64,000 nt of DNA from positions 1 to 64,000 of the IMG/VR virus record IMGVR_UViG_3300031746_002125; one strand, 5' to 3'. The notes under the pieces were generated by a model. That model saw nothing but the letters and a program-made list of their open reading frames with translations, did not search any database and was not told the origin of the DNA. Both the position numbers and the translations under genes were made by a program. How positions within the stretch are numbered: the stretch's first letter is position 1; each line of letters opens with the position of its first letter. The stretch is from a virus. Below, one piece after another: positions 9,942-19,639 of this stretch.

Positions 9942-10505
9942 TTACCTTCTCCTTTTTCTTTCTTTACCCACTTTTTTAGTTTTTAATATAAACTCTCCTT
10001 CGAACACTTCCGCTGTATTCGCCGTCATTTTAAACACATATTGATTCACTCTTCTTGTCAATGGGGGTAAATTAATAGTAGAGAAAGCCCACCGATCTGT
10101 GTTTCCTATTTCATAACAGTCAACATCTGATAAAGAAACTATAGAATTATTATCTATTACATCCCATACTTCTATTGTCACGCTCGAAGGATTAGTTGTG
10201 AATCTACCAATAATTTGTGGATTAAAATCACCATTTTTGAACAATTGATCTAACGTTATTCCAAAATTATCATCTCCAACCGATGGGGTTCCACGAATAA
10301 ATAGGTTGATATTATCCGTTAATTGTCCCGATCCTGGACAAACAAAAGTTCCTAAAAATTCGGTCCCACTTGTACCAAACCCAATTCCATCAACTACTTG
10401 TTCGATTAAGGGAAGAGTAAAATTACCAGAACCTTCGTCCACTAGTGTCCCATCTCTAACATCATAAGAAGAAGGGATAACCATATTTCCTGTGAATTCA
10501 GACAT
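9942..10505 (-). CDS. Acidic repeat protein (P..DV..G..FG.SG.EFTG) with C-terminal domain
   Basis: Repeat shared with four neighbouring genes. Confidence 0.7.
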   Translation of the reverse strand: MSEFTGNMVIPSSYDVRDGTLVDEGSGNFTLPLIEQVVDGIGFGTSGTEFLGTFVCPGSGQLTDNINLFIRGTPSVGDDNFGITLDQLFKNGDFNPQIIGRFTTNPSSVTIEVWDVIDNNSIVSLSDVDCYEIGNTDRWAFSTINLPPLTRRVNQYVFKMTANTAEVFEGEFILKTKKVGKERKRRR

Positions 10506-10516
10506 ATTTTATCTTT

Positions 10517-10699
10517 TTAACAAGTAAAAGTTCCAGTAAATTCTGTTCCACTACCACCAAATTCAATTCCATCTATTACTTGAGATGAACTTGGGGGAAT
10601 CATATTTCCGGTAAATTCAATGCCACTAGTTCCATACATAGTGCCCGCCTCAACATCATTTTCTGGGGGTAATATAATTGTGCCATTAAATTCTGACAT
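10517..10699 (-). CDS. Acidic repeat microprotein
   Basis: Two repeat units; RBS GGAG. Confidence 0.7.
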   Translation of the reverse strand: MSEFNGTIILPPENDVEAGTMYGTSGIEFTGNMIPPSSSQVIDGIEFGGSGTEFTGTFTC

Positions 10700-10708
10700 T
10701 ATAAACTC

Positions 10709-10924
10709 CTACTGAGCACCAAACCCAACACCATCTCTAACATCATCTGGAGACGGAACGATAAACACCCCCGTGAATTCATTTCCACTTCCGCCAAATT
10801 GAACACCACTTTCCACATCCCCAGTTGATGGTGGTATAAAATTCCCGGTAAATTCTATACCAGTGACAGGACCAAATTGTACTCCAGATCGTACATCATA
10901 TTCACTAGGAAATATTGCTGGCAT
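10709..10924 (-). CDS. Acidic repeat microprotein
   Basis: PSEYDVRSGVQFG..EFTG repeated. Confidence 0.7.
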   Translation of the reverse strand: MPAIFPSEYDVRSGVQFGPVTGIEFTGNFIPPSTGDVESGVQFGGSGNEFTGVFIVPSPDDVRDGVGFGAQ

Positions 10925-11013
10925 TATAATTACCTAATCAAGAGGGGATATTAAAATCTTTTACTATAATTAGATTCCCCCTTTATATTTCTTTTATATA
11001 AAACAACTTCCTA

Positions 11014-11391
11014 TTACGGCGCACCAAACGCTACACCAGATCGAACATCACCCTCCGTAGGTACAACGAACGTTCCTGTATACTGTGTGCCACTACCTCC
11101 GAAATCAACAGCCGCCTCAACATCTCCAACAGATGGAAGTGTTAAATTACCTGTTTCCGATGCGCCTTGATAGGTAACACCATCTCTAACATCATAATTC
11201 GATGGAAAATCAGTTGGTTCTGTTCCGGTAAATTCAGTTCCATCGGCACCATACTGAACACCGACAGCAACATTACCCGATGCAGGAAGAGTTACGGTTC
11301 CCGTAAACTCCGTCCCACTCTCTCCATAACCAACACCAAATTCCACATCATCATCTGATGGAACCACAAATGTACCTGTAAATTCTGACAT
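11014..11391 (-). CDS. Acidic repeat protein
   Basis: About five P..DV..GV.(Y/F)G repeats. Confidence 0.75.
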   Translation of the reverse strand: MSEFTGTFVVPSDDDVEFGVGYGESGTEFTGTVTLPASGNVAVGVQYGADGTEFTGTEPTDFPSNYDVRDGVTYQGASETGNLTLPSVGDVEAAVDFGGSGTQYTGTFVVPTEGDVRSGVAFGAP

Positions 11392-11415
11392 AACTTTTCT
11401 TCTTCTTAAAAAATA

Positions 11416-11991
11416 CTATAACACACCATAACCAACATTAAAACGCACATCGCCCTCTTCCGGAAGCACAAGAACTCCTGTTTGCGAACCATAATTATAT
11501 GTTACACCATATCGAACATCACCTTCTTCCGGGAAAATATCCCCATCTATAAATAAATTAATGTCATCAGTTATTAAACCCACACCAAAGACGAAAAGAT
11601 TTAAATTGTTATTTAACAGTTCGTTTCCTACTACGTTTAAATTAATACTGTCTGTAATAGAATTTCTACCATGTATGAAGAGATTTAAATTATCTGTTTC
11701 TGTAATGTGTCCGCTGATAAATAAATCTAAATTATTGTCTTGTGATTCTTTACCGTTTATAAATAATTCTACAGTATCATCACTGGCGCTAAAACCCCCA
11801 ATAAATAAATCAATACCCTGAACTTTTGTGTCATGCCCAAAAATAAATAGATCAATGATATCGGTTTGTGAGGTAAACCCATGAATAAATAATGTAATAT
11901 CACCACTTATTTGTGTTTCGACAGCAACACTAGATTGAACCCCTCCTATATCCATCCCTGGAACTTGTACTGCACCAATTTCCATTCCCAT
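11416..11991 (-). CDS. Repeat protein combining 15-aa DLFIxG and DVRYGV repeats
   Basis: Both repeat types visible in the translation. Confidence 0.75.
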   Translation of the reverse strand: MGMEIGAVQVPGMDIGGVQSSVAVETQISGDITLFIHGFTSQTDIIDLFIFGHDTKVQGIDLFIGGFSASDDTVELFINGKESQDNNLDLFISGHITETDNLNLFIHGRNSITDSINLNVVGNELLNNNLNLFVFGVGLITDDINLFIDGDIFPEEGDVRYGVTYNYGSQTGVLVLPEEGDVRFNVGYGVL

Positions 11992-11995
11992 ATAT

Positions 11996-12940
11996 TTATC
12001 CGTTTAAACCAGCATTAATTAAAGGACTTCCGGCAGCAGGGGTATAATCTGCTCCGCCGACTTCGTTTGTAAATTGCGGGGCAGAAGTAACTTCCCCCGT
12101 AAATGTTTCCGCGTTCGAATAGGCGGTTGTGTTACCATTGACACAATTATTCCTAGATACTACCCTGTCGCCACGACCAGCAGCGCCATTAAATCCGGTA
12201 GCACAATCATAAAATACATTATTAACAACAGCAAGCAGAGAAGTAGGTTCGTACGCCGAAAGGCCAATAGTAGTGTCTTTGGCGTCTCCGTCAACAGTAC
12301 AATTTATAATTACACCATGGGTTCCTACAAATATACCACTATCCGCATTACTAAAAAAAGTACATCCAACACAAACAAGGACGTTATTACTGAAAGCCCC
12401 GTCTGTCCCGTTATTGTAAAATTTACACGCAATAAAGATACTCAAAGCTGCCGCAATCTGTGCCCCTCTCTCCGTATTTGATGAAAATTCACAAGCTTCA
12501 TACAGAGATAAACGCGCAGTAATCCCGTTCACACCATTTGTATCAAACTTACAGTTCTTAAATGTCAAATGATTACAGTCCGTATTAACTCCATCGGCTA
12601 TAGCTCCCGTAAAGCGAAAATTCTTAAAAACATAATATATGGCTGTGTTAACAGCTATGGAATCCGCAACACAATTTGCACGGGCACTACTTCCCGTTAT
12701 GGTAGCCCTCCCGCCGTCCCCCTTGGTTGTGGTATACCCTTCAAACACAATCGGGGCTGTTTCAGTTCCTACAGTGTCAATCGTGGCAAGTTCTGCGTAA
12801 TTCCCGTCGGCTTTAACCCAAACCTTGTCGCCCGCCGCTACCGTATTCATCCCCTTGTCCACGGTAGCCCAAGCAAGAGCTTCTGATAAACCACTATTTA
12901 CGTCACTTCCAGAAGCCGCACTAACGTAATATGTTGACAT
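11996..12940 (-). CDS. Right-handed parallel beta-helix (pectate-lyase-like) protein
   Basis: YYVS..GSD.NSG start, NC.F.N repeats, DYTPAAGSPLINAG end. Confidence 0.8.
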   Translation of the reverse strand: MSTYYVSAASGSDVNSGLSEALAWATVDKGMNTVAAGDKVWVKADGNYAELATIDTVGTETAPIVFEGYTTTKGDGGRATITGSSARANCVADSIAVNTAIYYVFKNFRFTGAIADGVNTDCNHLTFKNCKFDTNGVNGITARLSLYEACEFSSNTERGAQIAAALSIFIACKFYNNGTDGAFSNNVLVCVGCTFFSNADSGIFVGTHGVIINCTVDGDAKDTTIGLSAYEPTSLLAVVNNVFYDCATGFNGAAGRGDRVVSRNNCVNGNTTAYSNAETFTGEVTSAPQFTNEVGGADYTPAAGSPLINAGLNG

Positions 12941-12943
12941 ATT

Positions 12944-13336
12944 TTAATCTCTTTCTTTTATCAGTTCTTTAAATCTATCATTCATATAAAACTTTTTAAA
13001 TTCTTCTTTTGAATATCTTATACCCCTAGCTTGACAAGGAATTCTCGTGGGGAAGTCAATTAGTGTGAATCTTTTCGAGATGGTGGTTGCATCTATTCCT
13101 AGTATTTCGGCCATTTGGGATAAAGATAAACCGAGATTATACATAAATTTAAGTATTGCGTCGTCGAATATTTGGTTGGCTTCGGACTTATTTCTAAGTT
13201 TTACTTTATTTTTTAATAGAATTTTATAAATTGTACTTTCACTTCTTCCATCCTGTAAAGCTATATTGGCGCAACTTAATTTTTTGTTTATGTATGAATC
13301 AATGATATCTGTATTATTCATAAAAAGATCTTTCAA
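12944..13336 (-). CDS. HTH DNA-binding protein
   Basis: Two HTH-like units, e.g. LSLSQMAEILGIDATTISKR. Confidence 0.65.
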   Translation of the reverse strand: MKDLFMNNTDIIDSYINKKLSCANIALQDGRSESTIYKILLKNKVKLRNKSEANQIFDDAILKFMYNLGLSLSQMAEILGIDATTISKRFTLIDFPTRIPCQARGIRYSKEEFKKFYMNDRFKELIKERD

Positions 13337-13421
13337 TCCTTATATTATTACACAATTAAATAAAAGAACCGAAACTAGGGTCGGGGCGGGACAAATAAGT
13401 GGGTGGGATTAGTGATTTGTT

Positions 13422-15200
13422 TTAATACAAAGGATAGATATAACGGAATTTGGGAGAAATCGCAATTTTAATTAGATCTCTTTCTTCAGCAAGTTGTTTT
13501 TCTGATTTATCAACATTTTTTATTCTTCGGCAACATGATTTGTGTTTTAATTGATTATCAGACGGATCAAAATAAGAATAACTATTAGAAGTTTTACCGG
13601 CCTTTTGCCATCCAGACATTCTATAGATTCCACCATTATGACCAACGGATGTATCGGCATAAGAAACCAATGTTTTAATATCTTTCATATTATTTCTTAT
13701 ATAATTTATACAAAGATTTATAAATGTAGATCCATACGGTCTTATTACATAAAATGGGACGCACAATCTTGTTAATTCCAATATATTTTTATCAAGATTT
13801 TTATTTGCTCCTCTCCCAAATGTTGCAATTCCGGTGATAATATTGCCAATTCTTGCAACCAATATCGTTGAGGCATTTGGTATTGTTCCAAGATAGTGTT
13901 CATATCTGATTGTATTTTTAATTTCGTCTCTTTGGCCTTTAAATAAAATAGATTTCGACGCATCAATTTTGCCACCAGAATTAAATAATAACGTATCATT
14001 TTCTGTCAAGCTAGAATTATTTAAAGCGTATTCGGGGAAAGCTTTCCATATTCTCCACCATGGATGTCCATTTAAATCAAATTTTTCTATTTCTTTATGT
14101 TCAGATTCGAGAATTACTAAGCCATTATTTTCATCATAAAATCGTTCGTCATGGTATACGGCTAACTTTTGAATATGTCCCTCTAAAGGTTTGTGTTTTG
14201 TTTCAACAGTTTTTAATATTATAGAAAATGGAATAATGTGATGACAGTGTAAATGTCCACCCATTTTAGATATTTGGCTTTTATAGTCATATTTATTAAA
14301 TAAATTTGTTCTCCAGTTAATATAATTAGAACCATGTCTAACCATATCTGCTATTTCAGTAATTCCACCTTTCCAATTCCAGTTATTTTCTCCTATGTTT
14401 TTTCTTGTTTCCTTATTTATAGATTCAAATCTTTTCTGTGTAAACCCCCTATTTTTATTAAAATGTTTATCTATTAACTCCAGTGTCATACCAAGATCAT
14501 CATACATTTTAATTAATTCTTGATCTGTTATATGGCTTGTCCCCTTGTTTTTTCTACTAGTTTCTGATAAAGATCTTGTTCCTTTGCCAGATTCTATAAG
14601 CCTACTTTTAACAAATGTTACACTTTTATTAATAATTTTTGAAATTGCAAGAGCATCTAGTCCATTGTTCCAATATAGGTCTACGACTTGTTCTATTGAT
14701 ATATCCTTACATCTATTTTGTTCCCACGGTTTCCTTATTTTAATATTTAATTTTTTTAATTTTCTTTTTATGGTATTGCCTGATGTGTTAAATTTTTTGC
14801 CTATCTCTATTAAAGATTTTTGTTGATCAACATATAAATTTATTAATATATCGTTATTAATTAGATCTGTCTTATGGGACTTTTCTTGTGCCATGGAACA
14901 ACCTCTTGTATTCTTGTGGGAGTCTTTTAAAATTCTATTTATTAAACCAACACTCCTGCCTAATTTTTCTGCTGTTTGTTTTAAAGTTAAACCTTGTTTC
15001 CAATATAGTTCGATAACCTTTTCTTCTTCTGGAATATTTTTACGCTCAATAACAGGTTTAACATTTATGCCAAGTTTTTTTAATCTTCTGCTAACACAAG
15101 ATTCGCTAACTTTTAAAAATTTTGCACAATCTCTTCCAGATAGAGAATCTTCTACATACAATTTTAATAAAAGTTTTTCATCTACGTCAATGATTTTCAT
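13422..15200 (-). CDS. Tandem HTH + HNH + Mom-like GNAT fusion
   Basis: About five HTH repeats; NWKGGIT..HCHHIIPF..NNGL HNH; HYL..ELTRL..LVSYAD..GH.GGIYR.SGW Mom-like motifs. Confidence 0.75.
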   Translation of the reverse strand: MKIIDVDEKLLLKLYVEDSLSGRDCAKFLKVSESCVSRRLKKLGINVKPVIERKNIPEEEKVIELYWKQGLTLKQTAEKLGRSVGLINRILKDSHKNTRGCSMAQEKSHKTDLINNDILINLYVDQQKSLIEIGKKFNTSGNTIKRKLKKLNIKIRKPWEQNRCKDISIEQVVDLYWNNGLDALAISKIINKSVTFVKSRLIESGKGTRSLSETSRKNKGTSHITDQELIKMYDDLGMTLELIDKHFNKNRGFTQKRFESINKETRKNIGENNWNWKGGITEIADMVRHGSNYINWRTNLFNKYDYKSQISKMGGHLHCHHIIPFSIILKTVETKHKPLEGHIQKLAVYHDERFYDENNGLVILESEHKEIEKFDLNGHPWWRIWKAFPEYALNNSSLTENDTLLFNSGGKIDASKSILFKGQRDEIKNTIRYEHYLGTIPNASTILVARIGNIITGIATFGRGANKNLDKNILELTRLCVPFYVIRPYGSTFINLCINYIRNNMKDIKTLVSYADTSVGHNGGIYRMSGWQKAGKTSNSYSYFDPSDNQLKHKSCCRRIKNVDKSEKQLAEERDLIKIAISPKFRYIYPLY

Positions 15201-15255
15201 ATTATATTATACACACATTGACAAAAAAATTTTGGTTATAATGAAAAAATTTTAC

Positions 15256-15289
15256 AAAAAAAAGAAATGGGGACCGAAATCCCCATTCC
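15256..15289 (-). terminator. Intrinsic terminator after major capsid gene
   Basis: GGAATGGGGA-TTTCGG-TCCCCATTTC followed by a T-run on the minus strand. Confidence 0.85.
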
Positions 15290-15329
15290 TGATCTTTAAA
15301 AGGATTATAACCCTTTATTTAATAATAGG

Positions 15330-16364
15330 TTACAGCGATCCTAAAATAACTCGTCTTGGATCTAAGACTGCGAATCCGATATTTTGCCATGCGTAAACGC
15401 CCGCCTTCCCCCGCCTGTGGAGGAACGGATCATCAAATACAGTAATTGGTTCTTTGACTGGCATAACGAAAGAATCTGATTTGCTGAGGTCGAGACCTAC
15501 TACGATTTCTTCGTCGCTTGTACCCATTGTAACACCAATGCTATCGGCGAAAATTTGGAATTCCTGTCCAACACCCAACTCAAAGAGAGGATGAAGATTA
15601 ACGCCGTAGATTTTTGCCAGTGGACCGCTATCGTCGTTGGCCAAGAAAATTTCTCGACGAGTTACGTCGTCGATGTCGTCAAGATCCCATTCCCTAATAT
15701 CCTCGAGGGCTTCCTCGCTAACATATAGATCGGTTAGTCGTCCACGATTTGGTGATGTACTATTTCCACCAGCAAGACGAGCCATTGTGGTTTTCATCAA
15801 ACTAACTAGACGCTTTGTGAATTGACCAGCCGTGGCACCACTATCGAACACTATAGGTGCTCCACCCTGATAATCAGTTCGTCCAGCGGCGGCAGAAATA
15901 AGTGCTCGCCAACCATCCGTATTCATTTTACGAATAAATCCATTTTGTAGAACTTCCATCGCTCGTGAAACTACATTCCATCGTGCAGCCCTAGCATAAT
16001 CCAGCAACCAATCTATAGAATTACCCATCTTATAGGTTTGTACTGTTATACTATCGCTAACAACGGTTCTTGTAGGAATAGCGCCTTCGCTCGAAATAGT
16101 ATATGCAACATATTGACCATCGTTGTGTTGCTGATACAAATCTAGAGGATATTCCGCTGTGGCACCCGGATCTAACGGTTCGGGAGTAAAAATATTGTCT
16201 AGAATATCACCATTTAATAGACCTTCACGAAGAGGAACCTGCAAAGCAGCAGCCAATGCCTGCATAGCAACAGTTCGTTCTTTTTCATCGTTAGATGCAG
16301 TTCTCTTTAATAGTTCGACCATTGCTTCAGTCGGTTTTTGAATTTTTCTATCTTTTGCTTTCAT
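15330..16364 (-). CDS. Major capsid protein (HK97 fold likely)
   Basis: 344 aa; follows protease/scaffold and cement genes; strong RBS; terminator; C-terminal GFAVLDPRRVILGS. Confidence 0.85.
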   Translation of the reverse strand: MKAKDRKIQKPTEAMVELLKRTASNDEKERTVAMQALAAALQVPLREGLLNGDILDNIFTPEPLDPGATAEYPLDLYQQHNDGQYVAYTISSEGAIPTRTVVSDSITVQTYKMGNSIDWLLDYARAARWNVVSRAMEVLQNGFIRKMNTDGWRALISAAAGRTDYQGGAPIVFDSGATAGQFTKRLVSLMKTTMARLAGGNSTSPNRGRLTDLYVSEEALEDIREWDLDDIDDVTRREIFLANDDSGPLAKIYGVNLHPLFELGVGQEFQIFADSIGVTMGTSDEEIVVGLDLSKSDSFVMPVKEPITVFDDPFLHRRGKAGVYAWQNIGFAVLDPRRVILGSL

Positions 16365-16383
16365 CTGTATTCACCCCCTTTTC

Positions 16384-16854
16384 TTAAATATCAATGTAAA
16401 TTTTAGCGAATCCATCCGCATCAACTGTCGTTTCAAACCTACCGATTACAGCAGCGCCAGAGTCTTGTGTAGTCTTAATAAGTCCGCTAGGACCAACATA
16501 AGCCACTCCACCCGTAGCTGGTGTGCCACTAAGCATATCGGTAACAAGCCAACCTTTTCTTAACAGTGCAACCTTTTCTCCTGGACGAACTTCCATATTA
16601 GCATAATTCTTGAAATCTCTTGTAGCACTCATCGCAGGATTAACTGGATGTAATAGGATACCTTTTGGTACAGCGCCCGAAGCGCTTGCCGCATATCGAA
16701 CAACGTTTGTAATATCGTCTAATGCAACACCCGAACCCTGGGTTTCAACGCACGCAATTCCACCTTCTTCTTGCGTGGCCTGTGCAGCAGCAGTTGACCA
16801 ATATTGAGAAATATCAGTTACTTCAGCATAATCACGATCTGGTCTAAGAGCCAT
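16384..16854 (-). CDS. Capsid cement/decoration protein
   Basis: Gly-rich 156 aa ending GRFETTVDADGFAKIYIDI, directly upstream of the capsid gene. Confidence 0.7.
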   Translation of the reverse strand: MALRPDRDYAEVTDISQYWSTAAAQATQEEGGIACVETQGSGVALDDITNVVRYAASASGAVPKGILLHPVNPAMSATRDFKNYANMEVRPGEKVALLRKGWLVTDMLSGTPATGGVAYVGPSGLIKTTQDSGAAVIGRFETTVDADGFAKIYIDI

Positions 16855-16856
16855 TC

Positions 16857-18296
16857 TTATTCACCCCCTTCTTTAACTTCTTCTTTAACTCGAAGCAAAC
16901 ATCTGGCAGTTGCGAGAGCAACCGCAGCGTTATCATCTTCTATATTTTCTGTTCCACCCTGAGCATCAACATCTTTAACAACTTCAACATCTTTTAACGA
17001 AGCAACAACCTCTTCTACAACTTTTTTTGTCTCTGTTTTTGTCTCACCGGCATATTTACAAATAGTAGCAAAGGTTTCATCTGATAATTCAGCAAGTTCT
17101 TTTAACGTAGCTTCCTTATCCTTTTCCTCAATAGCCTTTAGTTGAGATAGTTTTAAAAACCTCTCATTCGCCTTTTCGCGTTTCTTGATCTCTAATAGTT
17201 CTTTGCCAAATTCAACAGCTTTTGCTTTTACGGTTTCTAGTTCTTTTGTTATAGTGGCTTTATCTGTTTCTAAAGTTTTAATAGTTTCTAGAGCAACAGT
17301 AAGTTTAGCAGTTAGATCAGTATTTATTTGATTTTGTTCTTTTGCTTTTGTCTCGAAAGCAACAATTGCTTTTTCTGCTTCTTGCTTGTTTAGTTCTTTA
17401 AAAGACTCCATTTCTTTTAAAAGATGTGCAATCTGCGCATCTCTAGCAGTAACAGTAGATAAAGCCTCGTCTAGCTTTTTCTTCATCTCTTCGATCTCCA
17501 TAGTTTCAGCACCCCCTTTCAATTCAATTTTATCTGACACAGTTTTACTTGCAGCAATTCTTATAACTGAATCTGGATTAGCGGGATTTTCTACTAAACC
17601 CTGTCCACCAAATACAATATTTTTTAGAACTCTGCCCACCTTGTATCCTTTATATTCTCCAGAACCACCATATACTCGCAAATATTTAGTCAAAAACGAC
17701 GTACTTTCATCTCTTGCAACAATTCTCGATTCACCCTTAGCATCTTTAAAACTATAAGAAAAATCATTAAAGAAACATTCCATGGAAACAAACATTTGAC
17801 CAGAATTTGCTTTTTCAATTATGTCTTTAATTAAAATATCTATTACCGGCATTGATTTATAAAGAACGCCAGCAACTTCTATATCAAAATCTTTTGCTTC
17901 AACAGGAACATTAATTTCTTTTCCTGTTTTATCAACAAGACGACTTTTTATAATATGTCCCAATATAATTTTTGAATCATGTTGATAATCAATTGGCTTA
18001 TGAATCGGTGTATCTTTTGCGGTTATTAATTCTTCTGATAGAAAAACATCGTCATTTAAATTCCATCCAGTGCTTACCAAAACTGAAACTAACAAAGCTA
18101 AATCTGGCTGGTCCATGCCGGTCAAGTCTTTAAGTGAATCAAAATTAGCGTTACTTTTTAATGTTGCAATAAACTCATCAAATTCAATTTTGGTTAATTT
18201 TTTATCTGAGATAGAGCATGACGCAGACAGATTAATAACTGACTGATTTATTTTATCAGTTAGACCATCGGTTTTTTCGGTTTCATAGATTTTCAT
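16857..18296 (-). CDS. Prohead protease with coiled-coil scaffold
   Basis: STGWNLNDDVF, HKPIDYQH..ILGH, VSMEC, GLVENPANP; E/K-rich C-terminus; start taken at MKIYETE. Confidence 0.75.
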   Translation of the reverse strand: MKIYETEKTDGLTDKINQSVINLSASCSISDKKLTKIEFDEFIATLKSNANFDSLKDLTGMDQPDLALLVSVLVSTGWNLNDDVFLSEELITAKDTPIHKPIDYQHDSKIILGHIIKSRLVDKTGKEINVPVEAKDFDIEVAGVLYKSMPVIDILIKDIIEKANSGQMFVSMECFFNDFSYSFKDAKGESRIVARDESTSFLTKYLRVYGGSGEYKGYKVGRVLKNIVFGGQGLVENPANPDSVIRIAASKTVSDKIELKGGAETMEIEEMKKKLDEALSTVTARDAQIAHLLKEMESFKELNKQEAEKAIVAFETKAKEQNQINTDLTAKLTVALETIKTLETDKATITKELETVKAKAVEFGKELLEIKKREKANERFLKLSQLKAIEEKDKEATLKELAELSDETFATICKYAGETKTETKKVVEEVVASLKDVEVVKDVDAQGGTENIEDDNAAVALATARCLLRVKEEVKEGGE

Positions 18297-18408
18297 AGAA
18301 TATCCATTAATTGATACACAATAAATAAATAATAACTTTAAGAATAAAGACATTTCAACGATTTAATTAAAATTTATCTTTATTTTTTAATCATTTATTT
18401 AATTAAAA

Positions 18409-18942
18409 TTACCAATTATCCGGGAAACCCATTGACCCCGCAAAAATGGTGTGTAAATCGTTACGACTACTTTCTTTAGGAGTCCCTGTTTCGATGGTCC
18501 AATATGGTTTACGATCTGGTTCACAAGAATATAATCCACTTTGCCACGGAAAACCAATAATTCGCGTATGTCCTGCGATGCAACAACCTAATTGTTGTGA
18601 TATGTTTTTAGCAAATTTGTGCCCCTTTGTTCCAAAAAACGTTGCACATGATCTAAACCAAATAAGACTATTTTTATTAACAAGTGGTTTAAGCGTCTCT
18701 ATAAATGAATCCTGGATTGTCTGTTCCCCAATATAAACGTTGCCGGGAACCCCATGGCTCCATATTTGAATAACATCAATTAGATCTAAACCAAGTTTTT
18801 TCAATTCTATTTCGGCCTCAGTCCACGATTTCACACCAATAGATTTCCATCCAAATTGTATTTTCGAATAAATATTCCAAGATAGACCCTGGATTCCAGT
18901 ATCGCCCTTGTCGTATAAAATGATTTTTTGTTTACTTTTCAT
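18409..18942 (-). CDS. DUF4347-like protein
   Basis: IQIWSHGVPG..IWFRSCATF (HG...C pattern). Confidence 0.55.
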   Translation of the reverse strand: MKSKQKIILYDKGDTGIQGLSWNIYSKIQFGWKSIGVKSWTEAEIELKKLGLDLIDVIQIWSHGVPGNVYIGEQTIQDSFIETLKPLVNKNSLIWFRSCATFFGTKGHKFAKNISQQLGCCIAGHTRIIGFPWQSGLYSCEPDRKPYWTIETGTPKESSRNDLHTIFAGSMGFPDNW

Positions 18943-19162
18943 TTATAAAAACCTCCACCTCTTTATAAAACTTATCTTTAGTTTTTACTTCCTTACTTAC
19001 TAATCCACCATGAGAATCCGGATAATCCTTCGGGACCATCATATATTGAATCATTTGTTTCATACTATCTGGACCCACTGTTTCCACAGTATAACTAAAT
19101 CTTTTATATGGATTTCCATCATAATCGGTTCCTTTTAGAAAAACTCACCTCGTCTGCTTGTA

Positions 19163-19639
19163 CTATGGTTTTTCTGTTGGCCCATTTTTTACAACTTTTG
19201 TGTTAGCGCCAGCGGCATCGGCTTCGTCCAATGTAATATTAAATTCTTTACAAATAGTTTCGATCTCTTTAAACTCTGCCGAGGATTTTTGGTAGGTTTT
19301 TAACAAATTTTTTGCATGTTTCTCCAGGTGCGATTTTGCCCTTGCGTGAAAACCGACACTATCCTCAACGAGAACTTTTACAAGAGGCTCACGAGCCAGC
19401 GCATTGCGTAGGTGCGGAATATCAACTGTGCTGTCGGAAAGACCATCCGTAGCCGTCTTTACGTGGTGGGGTAAATGACGGAAGCGGGTTTCTACCATGT
19501 GTTCTGTTTTGGGATTTGGTGATTTGGTTGCGCCCCGTTCGATCAAGAAACACGAATCGTTGAAGGAACTATCTCCCCACCCTGCTTCGGTATATCTTTC
19601 TGCGGCTTCCTTTATAGATTCATAGAATTTTTCTGACAT
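19163..19639 (-). CDS. Hypothetical phage head-region protein
   Basis: RHLPHH..VDIPHLRNALAR motif; frame may continue to ~18935 (see findings). Confidence 0.65.
   Translation of the reverse strand: MSEKFYESIKEAAERYTEAGWGDSSFNDSCFLIERGATKSPNPKTEHMVETRFRHLPHHVKTATDGLSDSTVDIPHLRNALAREPLVKVLVEDSVGFHARAKSHLEKHAKNLLKTYQKSSAEFKEIETICKEFNITLDEADAAGANTKVVKNGPTEKP

Noticed and set aside
13370-13420. G-rich tract and GGGATTAGTGAT shared with ~34269
   Set aside because: Only two short copies; no supportable function.
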